The notes beneath the pieces are model-generated. The model was not told the DNA's origin. It searched no databases and saw only the letters and a program-made list of their open reading frames with translations. Shown here one piece after another: positions 17,255-29,753 of a stretch of 58,505 nucleotides of DNA; the first letter of the stretch is position 1, and each line of letters starts with the position of its first letter. The DNA comes from Minisyncoccota bacterium. Its GTDB lineage: Bacteria > Patescibacteriota > Minisyncoccia > UBA6257. Position numbers and translations under genes: made by a program. The stretch covers positions 1 through 58,505 of the forward strand of contig JAQTTC010000001.1 in NCBI GenBank assembly GCA_028711005.1, given 5' to 3'.

Positions 17255-19869
17255 AAACTTAAGCTATCTTTTTTAAAACCAACTGAGATCTTTTTTCCTT
17301 CTTTTATCTCTCCAATAATAATTTCATCAGCTAGATGATCAAGAATCTCCTTCTCAATCAATCTTTTTAAAGGACGAGCTCCATAATCTGGACTAAATCC
17401 TTTTTGAGCTAAATATTTTTTAGCTTCTCGAGTTAATTGAATAAAAATCTTTTTATCAGACAACCGATGATTTATTTTTTCTATTTGTAAGTCTACTATC
17501 TTTTCTATATCGCGACTGCTTAATGAATTAAAGATAATAATTTCATCTATTCGATTAAGAAACTCTGGGCGAAATCTTTCTGTTAAAGATTCATGGATTT
17601 TCTCTTTTAATTCTTCCTTCTGCTGCTCTAATCTATTTTTCTTGTTCATAGTAAAACCTAAAGAAGCCATTTCGTGAATATATTCACCTCCTAAGTTAGA
17701 AGTCATAATAATAATCGTATTCTTAAAATTAATTGCTCTTCCTTTACCATCAGTTAAACGACCATTATCTAGTATTTGCAAAAGAATATTAAACACTTCT
17801 GGATGCGCTTTTTCTATCTCATCAAATAAAATCAAACTATATGGTCTATGTTTTACTGCTTCGGTTAATTGACCACCGGTTTCATAGCCAACATATCCAG
17901 GAGGCGAGCCAATCAAGCGAGCAACACTGTGTTTTTCCATATACTCTGACATATCAACTCTAATCATTGCTTTTTCATTAGAGAACATAAATTCTGCTAA
18001 AGCTCTAGCAAGCTCTGTTTTCCCTACTCCAGTTGGACCTAGAAACATAAATGATCCAATTGGTCTTTCTTCTTCTGAAATACCAGCTCTAGCCCTTTTA
18101 ATTGCTCTACTTATTGCATGAACAGCTTCTTCTTGACCAACAACTCTTTTTGTTAACTCCTTTTCTATTCGCATTAATTTTTTGCTTTCTTCCTCTAGCA
18201 TTCTTGCCACTGGAACCCCTGTCCAATTAGACACCACTCTAGCAATATCTTCAGCCATTACTTCTTCCTTTAAAAACCTTTCTTTCTCAGGCATTTTTTC
18301 TAATTCTCTTTCTTTCGCTTTAAGCATTTTTTTTAATTGAGGAATTTTTCCATAATTAATCTCTGCTACCTTATCTAATTGGCCTGCTTTTTCATACTCT
18401 TGAGATTCTTTGTATAATTGTTCAATGTTTTTCTTTATCTTTCCTACTTCAGTAAACACCTCTTTTTCTTTCTGCCATCTAAGATTAAGCACTTTGAATT
18501 TTTTCTTTAATGCTTTCAATTCATTTTCTAACTTTTTATTTTGATAATTCTTTTTCTTTTTTCCATTGTCCCTTTTTATTGCTTGCTGCTCTAGCTCTAA
18601 AGATTTTATTTTATTTTTCAAATCACTAATCAGCAAAGGAATACTACCAATCTCTAAGCTTAAGACTGAAGCAGCTTCATCTATTAAATCAATTGCTTTG
18701 TCTGGTAAAAAACGTGAAGTAATATAACGACTCGATAACTGAACTGCTGTTACGATAGCTTCCTCAGAAATTTTTAAACCATGATGAGTTTCATATCTAG
18801 ATTTTAATCCTCTTAAAATTTCTATTGCTTCTTCAAAAGACGGTTCTTCTACAGAAATCGGCTGAAAACGACGCTCTAAAGCAGAATCTTTTTCAATATA
18901 TTCTCTAAAGTCTTTAAAAGTAGCCGCTCCTATCGCTCTTAGCTCCCCTCTGGCTAAAGCTGGCTTTAATAAATTTGAAGCATCAATTGCCCCTTCAGCT
19001 GCCCCAGCTCCAACTAAAGTATGAACCTCATCAATGAATATAATAATATCTCCAGCTTTTTTAATTTCTTTTAATAAATTCTTTAATCTTTCTTCAAATT
19101 CTCCACGGAAACGAGTACCAGCTATTAAAGCCCCTAAATCTAAAGAAATAATTCTTTTATTGACTAGGCTCTCAGGAACTTCACTAGAAGAAATTCGCTG
19201 AGCCAACCCTTCAACAATAGCTGTTTTTCCAACTCCTGCTTCTCCAATTAAAATTGGATTATTTTTAGTACGCCGAGATAAAATTTGCATTACTCGCCTT
19301 AATTCTTCTTCTCTACCAATAACTGGATCAAGCTTATTCTCTTCAGCTAGTTGAGTTAAATCTTGAGTATATTTTTCTATTGCTGTTCCTGCTTCTTGAA
19401 ATTCATCAACTATTTTTTCTCCTTTGGTATATTGATTAAGAGCTTCTAGAAAATTATCTTTTTTAATATTGTATTTATTAATTAATTCTTGGGTGGAATT
19501 TTTAGTTGCTAGAATTCCATAAAATAAATATTCAGGTGAGATATATTCATTCTTGTCTTCAATAGCTTTTTTTGCTGCTACTTCTACCATTTGCATCATT
19601 TCTTGAGAAAGATACATTTGACCAAAACCACTACCAACATTAAAGATTCTTGGTAATTTTATAATCTCCTCTAATGTTTCCTTGAGAAGGCTACCAACAT
19701 CAACATCCATTATTTGTTCTAATATCTCTCTTACTCCAGAGCCACTTTCATCTAATAAGACATATAAAAGATGAAGAGCGCGCATCTCTCCTTGATTTCT
19801 TTCTAAAGCCATCTGTTGAGCTTTTTCTATTGCCGACTGAGCTTTTGAAGTGAATCTTCCTAAAGACAT
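17242..19869 (-). CDS. clpB: Chaperone disaggregase ClpB
   Basis: Clp_N repeats. D1 '[15 protein letters not shown]' and '[14 protein letters not shown]'. Long M-domain coiled coil. D2 '[15 protein letters not shown]', '[11 protein letters not shown]' and 'GARPLKRLI'. Confidence 0.95.
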   Translation of the reverse strand: MSLGRFTSKAQSAIEKAQQMALERNQGEMRALHLLYVLLDESGSGVREILEQIMDVDVGSLLKETLEEIIKLPRIFNVGSGFGQMYLSQEMMQMVEVAAKKAIEDKNEYISPEYLFYGILATKNSTQELINKYNIKKDNFLEALNQYTKGEKIVDEFQEAGTAIEKYTQDLTQLAEENKLDPVIGREEELRRVMQILSRRTKNNPILIGEAGVGKTAIVEGLAQRISSSEVPESLVNKRIISLDLGALIAGTRFRGEFEERLKNLLKEIKKAGDIIIFIDEVHTLVGAGAAEGAIDASNLLKPALARGELRAIGAATFKDFREYIEKDSALERRFQPISVEEPSFEEAIEILRGLKSRYETHHGLKISEEAIVTAVQLSSRYITSRFLPDKAIDLIDEAASVLSLEIGSIPLLISDLKNKIKSLELEQQAIKRDNGKKKKNYQNKKLENELKALKKKFKVLNLRWQKEKEVFTEVGKIKKNIEQLYKESQEYEKAGQLDKVAEINYGKIPQLKKMLKAKERELEKMPEKERFLKEEVMAEDIARVVSNWTGVPVARMLEEESKKLMRIEKELTKRVVGQEEAVHAISRAIKRARAGISEEERPIGSFMFLGPTGVGKTELARALAEFMFSNEKAMIRVDMSEYMEKHSVARLIGSPPGYVGYETGGQLTEAVKHRPYSLILFDEIEKAHPEVFNILLQILDNGRLTDGKGRAINFKNTIIIMTSNLGGEYIHEMASLGFTMNKKNRLEQQKEELKEKIHESLTERFRPEFLNRIDEIIIFNSLSSRDIEKIVDLQIEKINHRLSDKKIFIQLTREAKKYLAQKGFSPDYGARPLKRLIEKEILDHLADEIIIGEIKEGKKISVGFKKDSLSLCQR

Positions 19870-19905
19870 TTTCTTAAATAATTAGTTTAATAAAGTTTTC
19901 CGAAA

Positions 19906-21120
19906 TTAATCCATTAAATGCTCCCCTAAAACAACCTCCTTAGTAAAAGTTTGATCATCTCGTAATATTTTTAAGACAATTGTGTCTCCGATATTATATT
20001 GCCTAATTAAAGTTGCTAAATGATTATTTTGATCTATCTTTTGATTATCAAATTCTAAAATTATATCTCCTTCTTGAAGCCCTGCTTGCCAAGCAGCTGA
20101 GCCTTCTTCTACTGCTGGTTCATCATTTTCTCCTTTTAATAACAAAGCTCCATAATTAACTGATAAACTTCTTTCTTCTTGAATTGCTGAATTTATTAGA
20201 ACATATCTTATTCCTAAATAAGGAATTTTAATTTCTCCTGTTTCTATTACTTGTTCTGCTACATTTTTAATTTTATTAATTGGAACTGCAAATCCAATAT
20301 TTTGAGCGCCGGAAACCATCGCTGTATTCACCCCTATTACCTCACCATTAAGATTAAGTAAAGGACCGCCAGAATTACCTTTGTTAATCGCAGCATCTGT
20401 TTGAATAACATCATTAAGCATAATACCTTGACCATAACTATCATTTACCTGAATTGAACGAGATAAGCCAGAAATTACTCCATGAGAAACAGTATTCTGA
20501 AATTCACCTAAAGCATTGCCAATTGCAATAACCGTTTGGCCCAAAAGAATTTTACTAGAATCACCTAATGGTAAGGATTTTAAACCTGTTTTCTCTATCT
20601 TCAAAATGGCAAAATCTTCAATCGTATCACGAGCAATTACTTCAGCCGGATATTTTTTCCCATCATTCATCAAAACTGTATAGCTAGCTGCTGTATCTTC
20701 AACCACATGACGATTGGTAATTATATAACCATGAGAATCAATAATAAATCCACTGCCAGAACTCACTTCCTGAGGCTCAGTTCCTTTTTGGCGATATTGA
20801 GGAATTTGAAAATAGAAATCAAAGGGACCAAGATAATCAAACTCTTCAAATGGATCAATATAATATTCTTCAATCACTGGTAAGTCTTTTGTTGCAATCA
20901 CGCTTACCACTGAATCGTCACTTTCTTGAATTACTTGAATTACTCTTTCCTCATAATCACTTTTTCCTAAAACAACCTCCGTTTGATTTTCTTTTTCTGA
21001 AAACAGTTCCTTATTTAAATAATTTAAGGAAAAAATACCACCAAGAAAACCAAACACAAAGGAACCAGTGATTCCAATAATAAGAAAAACCGTTAAAAGT
21101 TTTCGTGTTTCTTTTTCCAT
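19906..21120 (-). CDS. htrA: HtrA/DegP-family serine protease with PDZ domain
   Basis: Catalytic triad contexts 'ITNRHVV', 'DFAILKI' and 'GNSGGPLLN'. C-terminal PDZ 'GLQEGDIILEFDNQKI'. Start trimmed to M13 (cat at 21118-21120), before the TM anchor. Confidence 0.9.
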   Translation of the reverse strand: MEKETRKLLTVFLIIGITGSFVFGFLGGIFSLNYLNKELFSEKENQTEVVLGKSDYEERVIQVIQESDDSVVSVIATKDLPVIEEYYIDPFEEFDYLGPFDFYFQIPQYRQKGTEPQEVSSGSGFIIDSHGYIITNRHVVEDTAASYTVLMNDGKKYPAEVIARDTIEDFAILKIEKTGLKSLPLGDSSKILLGQTVIAIGNALGEFQNTVSHGVISGLSRSIQVNDSYGQGIMLNDVIQTDAAINKGNSGGPLLNLNGEVIGVNTAMVSGAQNIGFAVPINKIKNVAEQVIETGEIKIPYLGIRYVLINSAIQEERSLSVNYGALLLKGENDEPAVEEGSAAWQAGLQEGDIILEFDNQKIDQNNHLATLIRQYNIGDTIVLKILRDDQTFTKEVVLGEHLMD

Positions 21121-21145
21121 TGTTTTAATTATACAACAATTTTGT

Positions 21146-21850
21146 CTATTTTCCAAAACGACGCTGTCTTCTTTGAAATTCCTTTAAAGCAAGGTCAAAT
21201 TGTTTTTTATTAAAATCTGGCCAACAAATTTTTGGAAAATATAATTCTGCATAAGTTCCCTGAAAAGGCAAAAAATTAGAAAGCCGCATTTCACCTGAAG
21301 TTCTAATGATCAAATCCGCTTCTGGTAATCCTTTAGTATCTAGATTATTCATTATCACTTTTTCATTTACTTTATCAGCTGATATTTTCTTTTTAATAAT
21401 TTTTTGAACAGCTCTTACTATTTCGTCTCTCCCTCCATAGCTTAAGGCAATATTCAAAAACATTTTATTATTATTTTTCGTCAATTTTTGAGCCTTCTTT
21501 AATTCTTTTTGAAGAGTTTTAGGTAGTTTTTCCATATTACCCAAATGACGAAATTGAATTCCTTTTTTCTTAAAAGAAGGAGCATACTTTCTCGCAAATT
21601 CAGTAAAAAGATTCATTAGATAGCTAACTTCTTCTTCTGATCTTTTCCAATTTTCAGTAGAAAAACCATATAAAGATAAAACTTTAATTTTTTTAGTAAA
21701 AGCATAATCTATCGTCTCAATGACTCTTTCAATTCCTTTTTTATGACCAAAAAAACTAGAAATTTTTCTTGCCTTTGCCCAACGACGATTTCCATCAATC
21801 ATAATGCCGATATGTTGAGGCAATGAATTTTTTGATTGTTTTATCTTCAC
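21146..21850 (-). CDS. uppS: Undecaprenyl-diphosphate synthase (cis-prenyltransferase)
   Basis: 'HIGIMIDGNRRWA', 'FSTENWKRS', 'YGGRDEI' and 'IRTSGEMRLSNFLPFQGTYAELYF'. Confidence 0.9.
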   Translation of the reverse strand: MKIKQSKNSLPQHIGIMIDGNRRWAKARKISSFFGHKKGIERVIETIDYAFTKKIKVLSLYGFSTENWKRSEEEVSYLMNLFTEFARKYAPSFKKKGIQFRHLGNMEKLPKTLQKELKKAQKLTKNNNKMFLNIALSYGGRDEIVRAVQKIIKKKISADKVNEKVIMNNLDTKGLPEADLIIRTSGEMRLSNFLPFQGTYAELYFPKICWPDFNKKQFDLALKEFQRRQRRFGK

Positions 21851-21858
21851 TACGTTAA

Positions 21859-24800
21859 TTAATTTAATAATTTTGGTTTTTCTCTGAATCCTGTTCCTGC
21901 AGGAATTAATCTACCAATAATCACATTTTCTTTAAGGCCTTTCAAATAATCCTTTTGGCCTTCAAGTGCTGCGCGAATTAATATTCGAGAAGTTTCTTGG
22001 AACGAAGCTGCTGAAAGAAAACTTTCTGAATTTAAAGCAACATTCTTTACACCCATTAATATTTCTTCTGCTTTGGGTGGTTGTTTTTTTAATTCCTTCA
22101 TTTTTTGAATTGTTTCTTGAAAAGATTTCTTAGGAACTATCTCACCAGGAATAAATTCACTATCTCCTTTATTAACTATTTTAACCTGAGAAAACATTTG
22201 TTTAACAATAATTTCAAAATGTTTATCACTAATATCTTCTCCTGCGATTTTATAAACCTTTTTTACTTCCTTTAAAATATGCTGCTGGCAAACTTCCCTT
22301 CCAGAAACTTTTAAAAGTTTTTTTAAATTAACATTTCCTTCACAAAGTTGATCTCCTTTTTTTACAGTATCTCCTTTTTTAACCCATAAAGTGACTACCT
22401 CTGGAACTGCATATTCAACTAAACGAGATTTCTTTTCTTTGGGTTTGATTTGAATTATCTTTTGATGATTTATTTTGTTTATTTCCATCACAGTTCCTTC
22501 AACTTCACTAATTGGTGCTTCTCCTTTAGGAATACGTGCTTCAAAAATTTCTTCTACTCGAGGTAAACCTTGAGTAATATCAATTGCTTGGGCAACACCA
22601 CCGGTATGAAAAGTTCTTAAGGTTAGCTGAGTTCCTGGTTCTCCAATTGATTGAGCAGCAATAACTCCTACTGCTTCTCCTTTATCAATTGGTTTTCTCC
22701 AAGCTAGATCAAGTCCATAACATTTTTGGCAAACACCATTCAAGCTCTCACAAGTTAAAGGAGAGCGAATATTTACTATTTCAACTGAAGAATCTAATAT
22801 TTTTTCAATATTCTTTTCATCAATTAATTCTCCTGCTTTTAAAACAATCTTCCCTTTTTCATCAACGGCATCTTGAGCTAAATATCTTCCCCAAATTTTT
22901 CTTTCAAAATTATCACCCTCTTCTTTACACTCTTTTTTACTAACAATCAAACCCTTTTTAGTTTGACAATCTTCTTCCTGCACAAGAATATCTTGAGCAA
23001 CATCTACCAATCTCCTAGTAAGATAACCAGCAAAAGAAGTTTTTAAAGCAGTATCTGCTAAACCTTTTCTTCCTCCATGAGAAGCAGCAAAATACTCAAG
23101 AACATTAAATCCTTCTTGGTGAGAAGATAAAATAGGCATTTCAATCAAACGGCCAAGAGGATTGACAACTAATCCTTTTATTCCCATGATCTGAGAAGCA
23201 ACTCCCCAATTCCCTTTAGCGCCAGAATTGAAAAATATGTAGATCGAATCTTCTTTTTCTAAAGCATTTGGAACCAAGCTTGAAATTTGATTAACTGCAT
23301 GCCTCCATTGAGTTTCAGTCAAAGTTTTCCTTTCCTTTGAAGTCAAAAGCCCTTCTTCATACTGATTAATAATTTCTTCTACTTTCTTTGAAGTTTCATC
23401 TAAAATAGACTGCTTTTCTTTAGGAACCTTTAGATCGCTAAGCCCCCAAGACACACCAGATAAAGTTGCATAATAAAAACCTAATTCTTTTATAGCATCC
23501 AAAACTTCAGCACTCTTTTTAAAATCATCGTAATGATGAATAATTTCTTTTGTAATTTGCTTGATTTCTTTTGTTGTTAACTGATCATTAAAGAATGGAA
23601 AATTTTCTGGTAATACTTCATTAAAAATAATTCTACCAACTGTGGTAATAACTAATTCATTATTTTCTTTTGGAAGACGAACTTTAATTGCTTCCTGAAG
23701 ACTAACCTTTTGATATTCGTAAGCTAACAAAGCCTCCCTAGGACTAGAAAAAATTTTATTCATCGGGATTTCTTTTTCTATCTTTTCTTCATTTTTCATT
23801 GTTAACCAATAGATACCTGCCACCATTTCATGTCGAGGCAACATCGCTGGTTCACCATTAGCTGGTTTTAATAATCCTAAATTCGCCAACATTCTTCCTT
23901 TACTTTCTCTTTGAGCTTCTTCTGATAAAGGAAGATGAACTGCCATTTGGTCTCCATCAAAATCAGCATTAAAAGGAGGTGTTACTAAAGCAGGAATTTG
24001 AATAGCTAACCCTTCAACTAATTTTGGTTTAAAAGCTTGAATACTTAATCGATGAAGAGTTGGTGCCCTATTGAGAAGAACATACTTATCTTTTACTATA
24101 TTTTCTAAAATTTCCCAAACAACATCTGGCCCTTCTTCTATTAAACGATTAGCTGCCCTGGGATTAAAAACAATTTCTCTTTTTATTAACTCTCCAGCAA
24201 CAAAAGGCTTAAACAACTCTAAGGCCATTTTTTTAGGAAGACCACATTCATGAATTTTTAATTCTGGTCCAATAACAATAACTGAGCGACCTGAATAATC
24301 AACTCTTTTCCCTAGAAGATTTTGACGAAAACGACCTTGTTTCCCTTGTAAAATATCAGCTAAAGATCGTAAAGGACGATGCTGAGCTGAATGCATTGGA
24401 GTAGTTCCAGATGTTTTTCTAATTGAATTATCAATTAATGCATCTACTGCTTCCTGTAGCATCCTTTTTTCATTTTTAACAATTACTTCTGGAGCCTTAA
24501 GTTCTAATAATTTTTTTAAACGATTGTTACGATTAATCACCCGGCGATAAAGATCATTAAGATCAGAAGTAGCAAATTTTCCTCCATCCAATTGAACCAT
24601 TGGTCTCAAATCTGGTGGTAAAACAGGAAGCACTGTTAAAAACATCCATTCTGGACGTGATTGAGAATTCAAAAAACCTTTTGCTAATTTTAAACGAGCA
24701 AGAATCTTTTTATCAATATTTTTAGCCGGAGATTTTTTGGCAGATTTTTTATCTATTTCTTTCTCCAACTCTTTTACTAATTTTTTTAAATCTATTTGTT

Positions 24801-25494
24801 CTAAAAATCTTTTTACTGGCTCGCTACCTGTTTCTGCTGTAAAAACTTCACCATATTTTCTAGATAAACTTATATAATCAACTTCAGAAAAAATAGCCTT
24901 TGGTTTTATCGAATCTAATTCTGATTTTGCTTGATTACGAGAATCACTTAATTCCTTTTTCTTTTTAGAAGGCCAGTTTTTTAATTTTGATTGATATTCT
25001 GACTCAATTTCCTCTAAAGTCCTTTTCTTTGCTTCTTCATCAACTGAAGTGACAATATAACTGTTATAATAAATAACTCTTTCTAAAGCAAGCATTGGAG
25101 TGTTTAACATTAATCCAATTCTTGAAGGAATGCTTCTTAAAAACCAAATATGAACAACTGGAGTTGCTAATTTAATATGCCCCATTTTTTCACGCCGGAC
25201 AAAAGAACGAGTTACCTCTACTCCACAACGGTCACAAACTATTCCTTTATAATGAGCTCCTCTATATTTTCCACAAGCGCATTCATAATCTTTTACTGGA
25301 CCAAAAATTTGCTCAGAAAATAAACCTTCTTTTTCTGGCTTTTGAGTTCGATAATTAATCGTTTCTGCTTTAGTAATCTCTCCATAAGATTTTGTATTTT
25401 CATTATATGACCATGACAAAATCTCTTCTGGAGAAGCTATCTTTAATCCTAGGGCTTCAAAATCACTGATTTTTACCTCTGCATCTTGTTTCAT
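21859..25494 (-). CDS. rpoC: DNA-directed RNA polymerase subunit beta'
   Basis: Zn-binding 'CACGKY...CDRCGVEV', catalytic '[12 protein letters not shown]' and the bridge-helix and trigger-loop regions. Confidence 0.97.
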   Translation of the reverse strand: MKQDAEVKISDFEALGLKIASPEEILSWSYNENTKSYGEITKAETINYRTQKPEKEGLFSEQIFGPVKDYECACGKYRGAHYKGIVCDRCGVEVTRSFVRREKMGHIKLATPVVHIWFLRSIPSRIGLMLNTPMLALERVIYYNSYIVTSVDEEAKKRTLEEIESEYQSKLKNWPSKKKKELSDSRNQAKSELDSIKPKAIFSEVDYISLSRKYGEVFTAETGSEPVKRFLEQIDLKKLVKELEKEIDKKSAKKSPAKNIDKKILARLKLAKGFLNSQSRPEWMFLTVLPVLPPDLRPMVQLDGGKFATSDLNDLYRRVINRNNRLKKLLELKAPEVIVKNEKRMLQEAVDALIDNSIRKTSGTTPMHSAQHRPLRSLADILQGKQGRFRQNLLGKRVDYSGRSVIVIGPELKIHECGLPKKMALELFKPFVAGELIKREIVFNPRAANRLIEEGPDVVWEILENIVKDKYVLLNRAPTLHRLSIQAFKPKLVEGLAIQIPALVTPPFNADFDGDQMAVHLPLSEEAQRESKGRMLANLGLLKPANGEPAMLPRHEMVAGIYWLTMKNEEKIEKEIPMNKIFSSPREALLAYEYQKVSLQEAIKVRLPKENNELVITTVGRIIFNEVLPENFPFFNDQLTTKEIKQITKEIIHHYDDFKKSAEVLDAIKELGFYYATLSGVSWGLSDLKVPKEKQSILDETSKKVEEIINQYEEGLLTSKERKTLTETQWRHAVNQISSLVPNALEKEDSIYIFFNSGAKGNWGVASQIMGIKGLVVNPLGRLIEMPILSSHQEGFNVLEYFAASHGGRKGLADTALKTSFAGYLTRRLVDVAQDILVQEEDCQTKKGLIVSKKECKEEGDNFERKIWGRYLAQDAVDEKGKIVLKAGELIDEKNIEKILDSSVEIVNIRSPLTCESLNGVCQKCYGLDLAWRKPIDKGEAVGVIAAQSIGEPGTQLTLRTFHTGGVAQAIDITQGLPRVEEIFEARIPKGEAPISEVEGTVMEINKINHQKIIQIKPKEKKSRLVEYAVPEVVTLWVKKGDTVKKGDQLCEGNVNLKKLLKVSGREVCQQHILKEVKKVYKIAGEDISDKHFEIIVKQMFSQVKIVNKGDSEFIPGEIVPKKSFQETIQKMKELKKQPPKAEEILMGVKNVALNSESFLSAASFQETSRILIRAALEGQKDYLKGLKENVIIGRLIPAGTGFREKPKLLN

Positions 25495-25503
25495 ATAAAT
25501 TAT

Positions 25504-28500
25504 CTATTTATTTTTTTCTTCATCAGCTATCAAATTTTTCTTTTCATCAACTGTTTTAACTCCAATAAGATTGACTGACAAACCTAGAGATTGTAATTCT
25601 TTAAGGATAACACTAAAAGCAGCAGGAATATTTGGGCTTTTTATTTTTTCTCCTTTTATAATTGCCTCATATGCCGAGCCTCTTCCTAAAACATCATCTG
25701 ATTTAATAGTTAACATTTCTTGTAAAGTATAAGCAGAGCCATATCCTTCTAAAGCCCAAACTTCCATTTCTCCAAGTCTTTGGCCTCCATGATGAGCCCT
25801 TCCTCCCAAAGGTTGCTGTGTGATCAAAGAATAAGAACCAATGGCTCGCATATGAACTTTGTCTTTAACCATGTGCTCTAATTTCATAATATACATCATG
25901 CCAACAGCTACTTTTTTATCAAATGATTCTCCTGTTTTTCCATTATATAAAACAACTTTGCCATCTTCTGGTAAACCTGCTTTTACTAATTCATTTTTAA
26001 TATCTTCTTCAGTGGCTCCATCTAAAGAAGGAGTGACTGCTCGATATCCTAATTTATGAGCTGCTAATCCTAAATGATTTTCAAAAACTTGTCCCAAATT
26101 CATTCGGCTACCAATTCCTAAGGGATTTAAAATTACATCAACTGGAGTTCCATCCTCTAAGTAAGGCATATCTTCTTCTGGAACAATAACAGAAATAACT
26201 CCTTTATTTCCATGGCGTCCAGCCAATTTATCTCCAGCCATAATATTTCTTAATTCAGCAATTTCTACACTTATTCTTTTTATTACACCAACATTTAATT
26301 TATCTCCATCTTTTCGTGAAAGAATTTTTGTTCTTATTACTCTTCCTTGCCGAGAAGGCTCTAAAGTTAAAGAACTGTCTTTAATATCTTTCATTTGCTC
26401 TCCAAAAATTGCTTGTAACAATCTTTCTTCTGAGGTTAATTCTGCCTTGCCTTTAGGAGAAATTTTTCCTACTAAAAGATCTCCTCCTCTTACTTCAGCT
26501 CCAACCCTAACGATACCTTCTTCATCTAAGTTCTTTAATTTTTCTTCAGAAACATTAGGAATATCTCGAGTAGTTACTTCTGGGCCTAATTTAGTCTCCA
26601 CTACATCACAAGTAAATTCTTCTAAATAAACTGAGGTAAAATTATCATTTTTTAATACTCTTTCTGAAATTACAATTGCATCTTCATAATTTGACCCAAA
26701 AAAAGGCATAAAAGCAACAAGAAGGTTTTGACCAAGAGCTAAAACACCATTTTCTGTAGCAGCTCCATCAGCTAGAATATCTCCTTTTTTTACTCTATCT
26801 CCTTTTTTAACAATTGGTTTGTGCATTAACCAACTATTTTTATTACTACGACCAAAATTAGTTAATTCATAAACTTTATTATTTTTTCCTTCGGTCGTTT
26901 TAATTGCAATATGACTGGCATCAACTTCATCTATAACCCCATCTACTTCGCTAATCAAGCATTGACCTGACTCAAGAGCAACTTTAGATTCAATTCCAGT
27001 CCCTACTAAAGGCGCCTGAGTTCTAACACAAGGAACTGCTTGCCTTTGCATATTAGCCCCCATTAAAGCTCTATTAGATTCATCATGCTCTAAGAAAGGA
27101 ATTAAACTTACTGCCACTGAAATAATTTGCTGACAAGAAACATCCATTAAATCTATTTCATTGCTTTGAATTAAAGTTGGTTCACCTTTTACCCTTGCCC
27201 CAATCCACTCTTCTTTTATTTTCCATTTCTCATCAAGATCAATTGTTCCATGAGCAATTTTATATTTTGATTCTTCAAAAGCATTTAACCAAACTATTTC
27301 TCCACTAACTTGAGCGTTTTTTACTTTAATATATGGAGTTTCAATAAAACCAAACTCATTTAATCTAGCATAAAGAGACAAAGAAAGAACTAATCCAATA
27401 TTCTGCCCTTCTGGAGTTTGAATAGGACACAAGCGACCATAATGACTTACATGAATGTCTCTAACTTCCAACCCAGCTCTTTCTCTTATTAAACCTCCTG
27501 GCCCCATACAAGTCATTCTTCTCTTATGTTCAACCTCTGAAAGCATATTCATTTGTTCCATGAATTGACAAAGCTGAGAAACATTAAAAAATTCTCTTAA
27601 CACTGCTACTAATTGATGAGGATTTATTAATTGCGCTGGTGTTAAAATTTCAGGATCCAAAATGGCCATTCTATCTTGAATGGTTCTTCTCATTCTCATT
27701 AAACCAACTCTTAATCTTTCTGTTAAAATTTCTCCTACTGCTTTCACCCTTCGATTGCCTAAATGATCAATATCGTCACCAAGGGCTTCTTCATCATTAT
27801 TAAGATGAATAATTTCTTTTATAATAGCTACCAAATCTTCTTGAGATAAAGTTCTTTGTTCAAAAGAGGTATTTAAATCAAGACGCTGATTAATTTTATA
27901 TCTACCAACTCTAGCTAAATCATATCTATCAAGTCTGAAAAACATATTATTAATTAAATCATGAGCATTATCATAAGTTGCTAATTCTCCTGGCCTTAAA
28001 TGTCTATAAATTTCAATATAACCTTCCTCTTTATTTGAGGATAAATCTTTTTTTAAAGTATTTTCAATATACTTAACTGATGATTTTTCTTCTTCTTTTT
28101 TAAAAATCTTTTTTATATCTTCATCTTTTTCTAAACCAAAAATTCTCAAAAGTGTAGTTACTGCAATTTTTCTCTTTCGATCTATCTTTACATTTATAAC
28201 TCCATCATTATCAGTTTCAATTTCTAACCAAGCCCCATGGTTTGGAATTAATTTAGCATTAAAAAGTCTTTTTCCTCTTAAGTTTACTAAAGAAAAATAT
28301 ACCCCTGGAGAACGATTTATTTGAGAGATAACAACTTTTTCAACTCCATTAATAATAAAAGTCCCCCTGGGAGTCATTGTGGGAATTTCTCCAAAATAAA
28401 CTTCTTGTTCTTTAACAGCGCCTGATTTTTTATGAGTCAATCTTAACTTTACTCTTAAAGTTGACTCATAATTTAAACCTTTCTCTTTTGCTTGATTTTC

Positions 28501-28716
28501 AGATATCTTTGGATCTTCTAAATAATAATCTAAAAAATCTAATTCTAAATCTTTTCTGGTATAATCTTTTATCGGTAATAATTCCTTAAAAACTTCCTTA
28601 ATCCCTGTCTCTAAAAACCATTTAAAAGAATCGGTTTGAAACTGGGTCAAACGCGGTGCCTCTAAAATTTCCCGGGAATAACGGGAAAAATTTTTTATTG
28701 TTGGCTGGCTAGACAT
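25504..28716 (-). CDS. rpoB: DNA-directed RNA polymerase subunit beta
   Basis: 'GPGGL', 'RDIHVSHYGRLCPIQTPEGQNIGL', 'GANMQRQAVP', 'HGNKGVIS' and 'GGQRLGEMEVWALE'. Lies 9 nt upstream of rpoC. Confidence 0.97.
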   Translation of the reverse strand: MSSQPTIKNFSRYSREILEAPRLTQFQTDSFKWFLETGIKEVFKELLPIKDYTRKDLELDFLDYYLEDPKISENQAKEKGLNYESTLRVKLRLTHKKSGAVKEQEVYFGEIPTMTPRGTFIINGVEKVVISQINRSPGVYFSLVNLRGKRLFNAKLIPNHGAWLEIETDNDGVINVKIDRKRKIAVTTLLRIFGLEKDEDIKKIFKKEEEKSSVKYIENTLKKDLSSNKEEGYIEIYRHLRPGELATYDNAHDLINNMFFRLDRYDLARVGRYKINQRLDLNTSFEQRTLSQEDLVAIIKEIIHLNNDEEALGDDIDHLGNRRVKAVGEILTERLRVGLMRMRRTIQDRMAILDPEILTPAQLINPHQLVAVLREFFNVSQLCQFMEQMNMLSEVEHKRRMTCMGPGGLIRERAGLEVRDIHVSHYGRLCPIQTPEGQNIGLVLSLSLYARLNEFGFIETPYIKVKNAQVSGEIVWLNAFEESKYKIAHGTIDLDEKWKIKEEWIGARVKGEPTLIQSNEIDLMDVSCQQIISVAVSLIPFLEHDESNRALMGANMQRQAVPCVRTQAPLVGTGIESKVALESGQCLISEVDGVIDEVDASHIAIKTTEGKNNKVYELTNFGRSNKNSWLMHKPIVKKGDRVKKGDILADGAATENGVLALGQNLLVAFMPFFGSNYEDAIVISERVLKNDNFTSVYLEEFTCDVVETKLGPEVTTRDIPNVSEEKLKNLDEEGIVRVGAEVRGGDLLVGKISPKGKAELTSEERLLQAIFGEQMKDIKDSSLTLEPSRQGRVIRTKILSRKDGDKLNVGVIKRISVEIAELRNIMAGDKLAGRHGNKGVISVIVPEEDMPYLEDGTPVDVILNPLGIGSRMNLGQVFENHLGLAAHKLGYRAVTPSLDGATEEDIKNELVKAGLPEDGKVVLYNGKTGESFDKKVAVGMMYIMKLEHMVKDKVHMRAIGSYSLITQQPLGGRAHHGGQRLGEMEVWALEGYGSAYTLQEMLTIKSDDVLGRGSAYEAIIKGEKIKSPNIPAAFSVILKELQSLGLSVNLIGVKTVDEKKNLIADEEKNK

Positions 28717-28755
28717 TAAATAAACATTAAAAATAAAAAACTTCCTAAACTATAT

Positions 28756-28971
28756 CTAGGTTGCAATTTTTAAAGCGTGTAAAATAGATTGTGCGATTCT
28801 TTTAGAAATAATACTTTTTTCTTGAAAAAACTCTAATTGCCAGTTTTTAATACTCGCATATTTTATTCTATTCTTTTTTAAAAATTTGTCAAGAGCAATA
28901 AGCAGTTCTTCCCCTCTTTCTACTTTAATTGCATGCTTTTGTTTATCTTTTTTAAAATAAAGAATAATCAT
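28756..28971 (-). CDS. Hypothetical 71-aa protein
   Basis: ORF only. It fills the gap between trmD and rpoB on the same strand and has no recognisable motif. Confidence 0.3.
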   Translation of the reverse strand: MIILYFKKDKQKHAIKVERGEELLIALDKFLKKNRIKYASIKNWQLEFFQEKSIISKRIAQSILHALKIAT

Positions 28972-28989
28972 ATATAAGCATTTTATTTT

Positions 28990-29691
28990 TTACTTTTTGA
29001 TTTTTTTAAAATGTTTTAATTTCCAGTCTTGAATTTTTTTATGATTTCCTGAAATCAAAATCTTTGGAACTCGCCAAGCGACTTTTTTATCTTTTTCAGG
29101 GTAAAATATTTCTGGTCTTGTATATTGCGGGTATTCTCCCAAAAACTCTTTATTCGAAGACTTAGAAGTAAAGGAAAATGACTCTTCTATAAGTGACTCT
29201 TTTTTAATAACCCCTGGCACAAAACGACTAACAGCATCAACTAAAACCATTGCCGGTAACTCCCCTCCGGTAAGAACATATTCTCCAATTGAAATTTCTT
29301 CATCAGCAATGTATTTTGCTACTCTTTCATCAACTCCTTCATAACGCGGACAAATAAGTATTAACTGATTATATTGAGAAAGTTTTTTTACTCTTGACTG
29401 ATTCAATTTTTTTCCCTTAGCAGAAAAAAGGATTACTCGACATTTATTGCCTTTTTTATCCTTTTTTTTAATTTTTTTAACTGCTTTTAAGATAGGCTCA
29501 ACTTTAAAAATCATTCCTTTTCCTCCACCATAAGGAGAGTCATCTACACTTTGATGACGATCAGTCGTCCAGTCTCGAAGATTATGAATATTAATATCTA
29601 TTAATTTTTTTGCTTGAGCTCTTTTAATAATAGAAGTACTAAAATAACTATCAAAAATCTCTGGGAAAATTGTAATAATATCAAAACGCAT
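28990..29691 (-). CDS. trmD: tRNA (guanine37-N1)-methyltransferase
   Basis: 'MRFDIITIFPEIF', 'DDSPYGGGKGM', 'LICPRYEGVDERV', 'SIGEYVLTGGELPAMV' and 'VPKILISGNHKKI'. Start trimmed to M19 (cat at 29689-29691). Confidence 0.9.
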   Translation of the reverse strand: MRFDIITIFPEIFDSYFSTSIIKRAQAKKLIDINIHNLRDWTTDRHQSVDDSPYGGGKGMIFKVEPILKAVKKIKKKDKKGNKCRVILFSAKGKKLNQSRVKKLSQYNQLILICPRYEGVDERVAKYIADEEISIGEYVLTGGELPAMVLVDAVSRFVPGVIKKESLIEESFSFTSKSSNKEFLGEYPQYTRPEIFYPEKDKKVAWRVPKILISGNHKKIQDWKLKHFKKIKK

Positions 29692-29753
29692 AATAATAAA
29701 AATCGCGGTGTTATAAATAATACCGCGATTTTTGATTGTTTTCAACCGAAGGG

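Noticed and set aside
21859-28716. Short plus-strand ORFs inside rpoC and rpoB (22689-22943, 24071-24253, 25859-26059, 26447-26629)
   Set aside because: They are antisense to highly conserved RNA polymerase coding sequence. This is typical of stop-poor antisense frames, and they have no independent signals.
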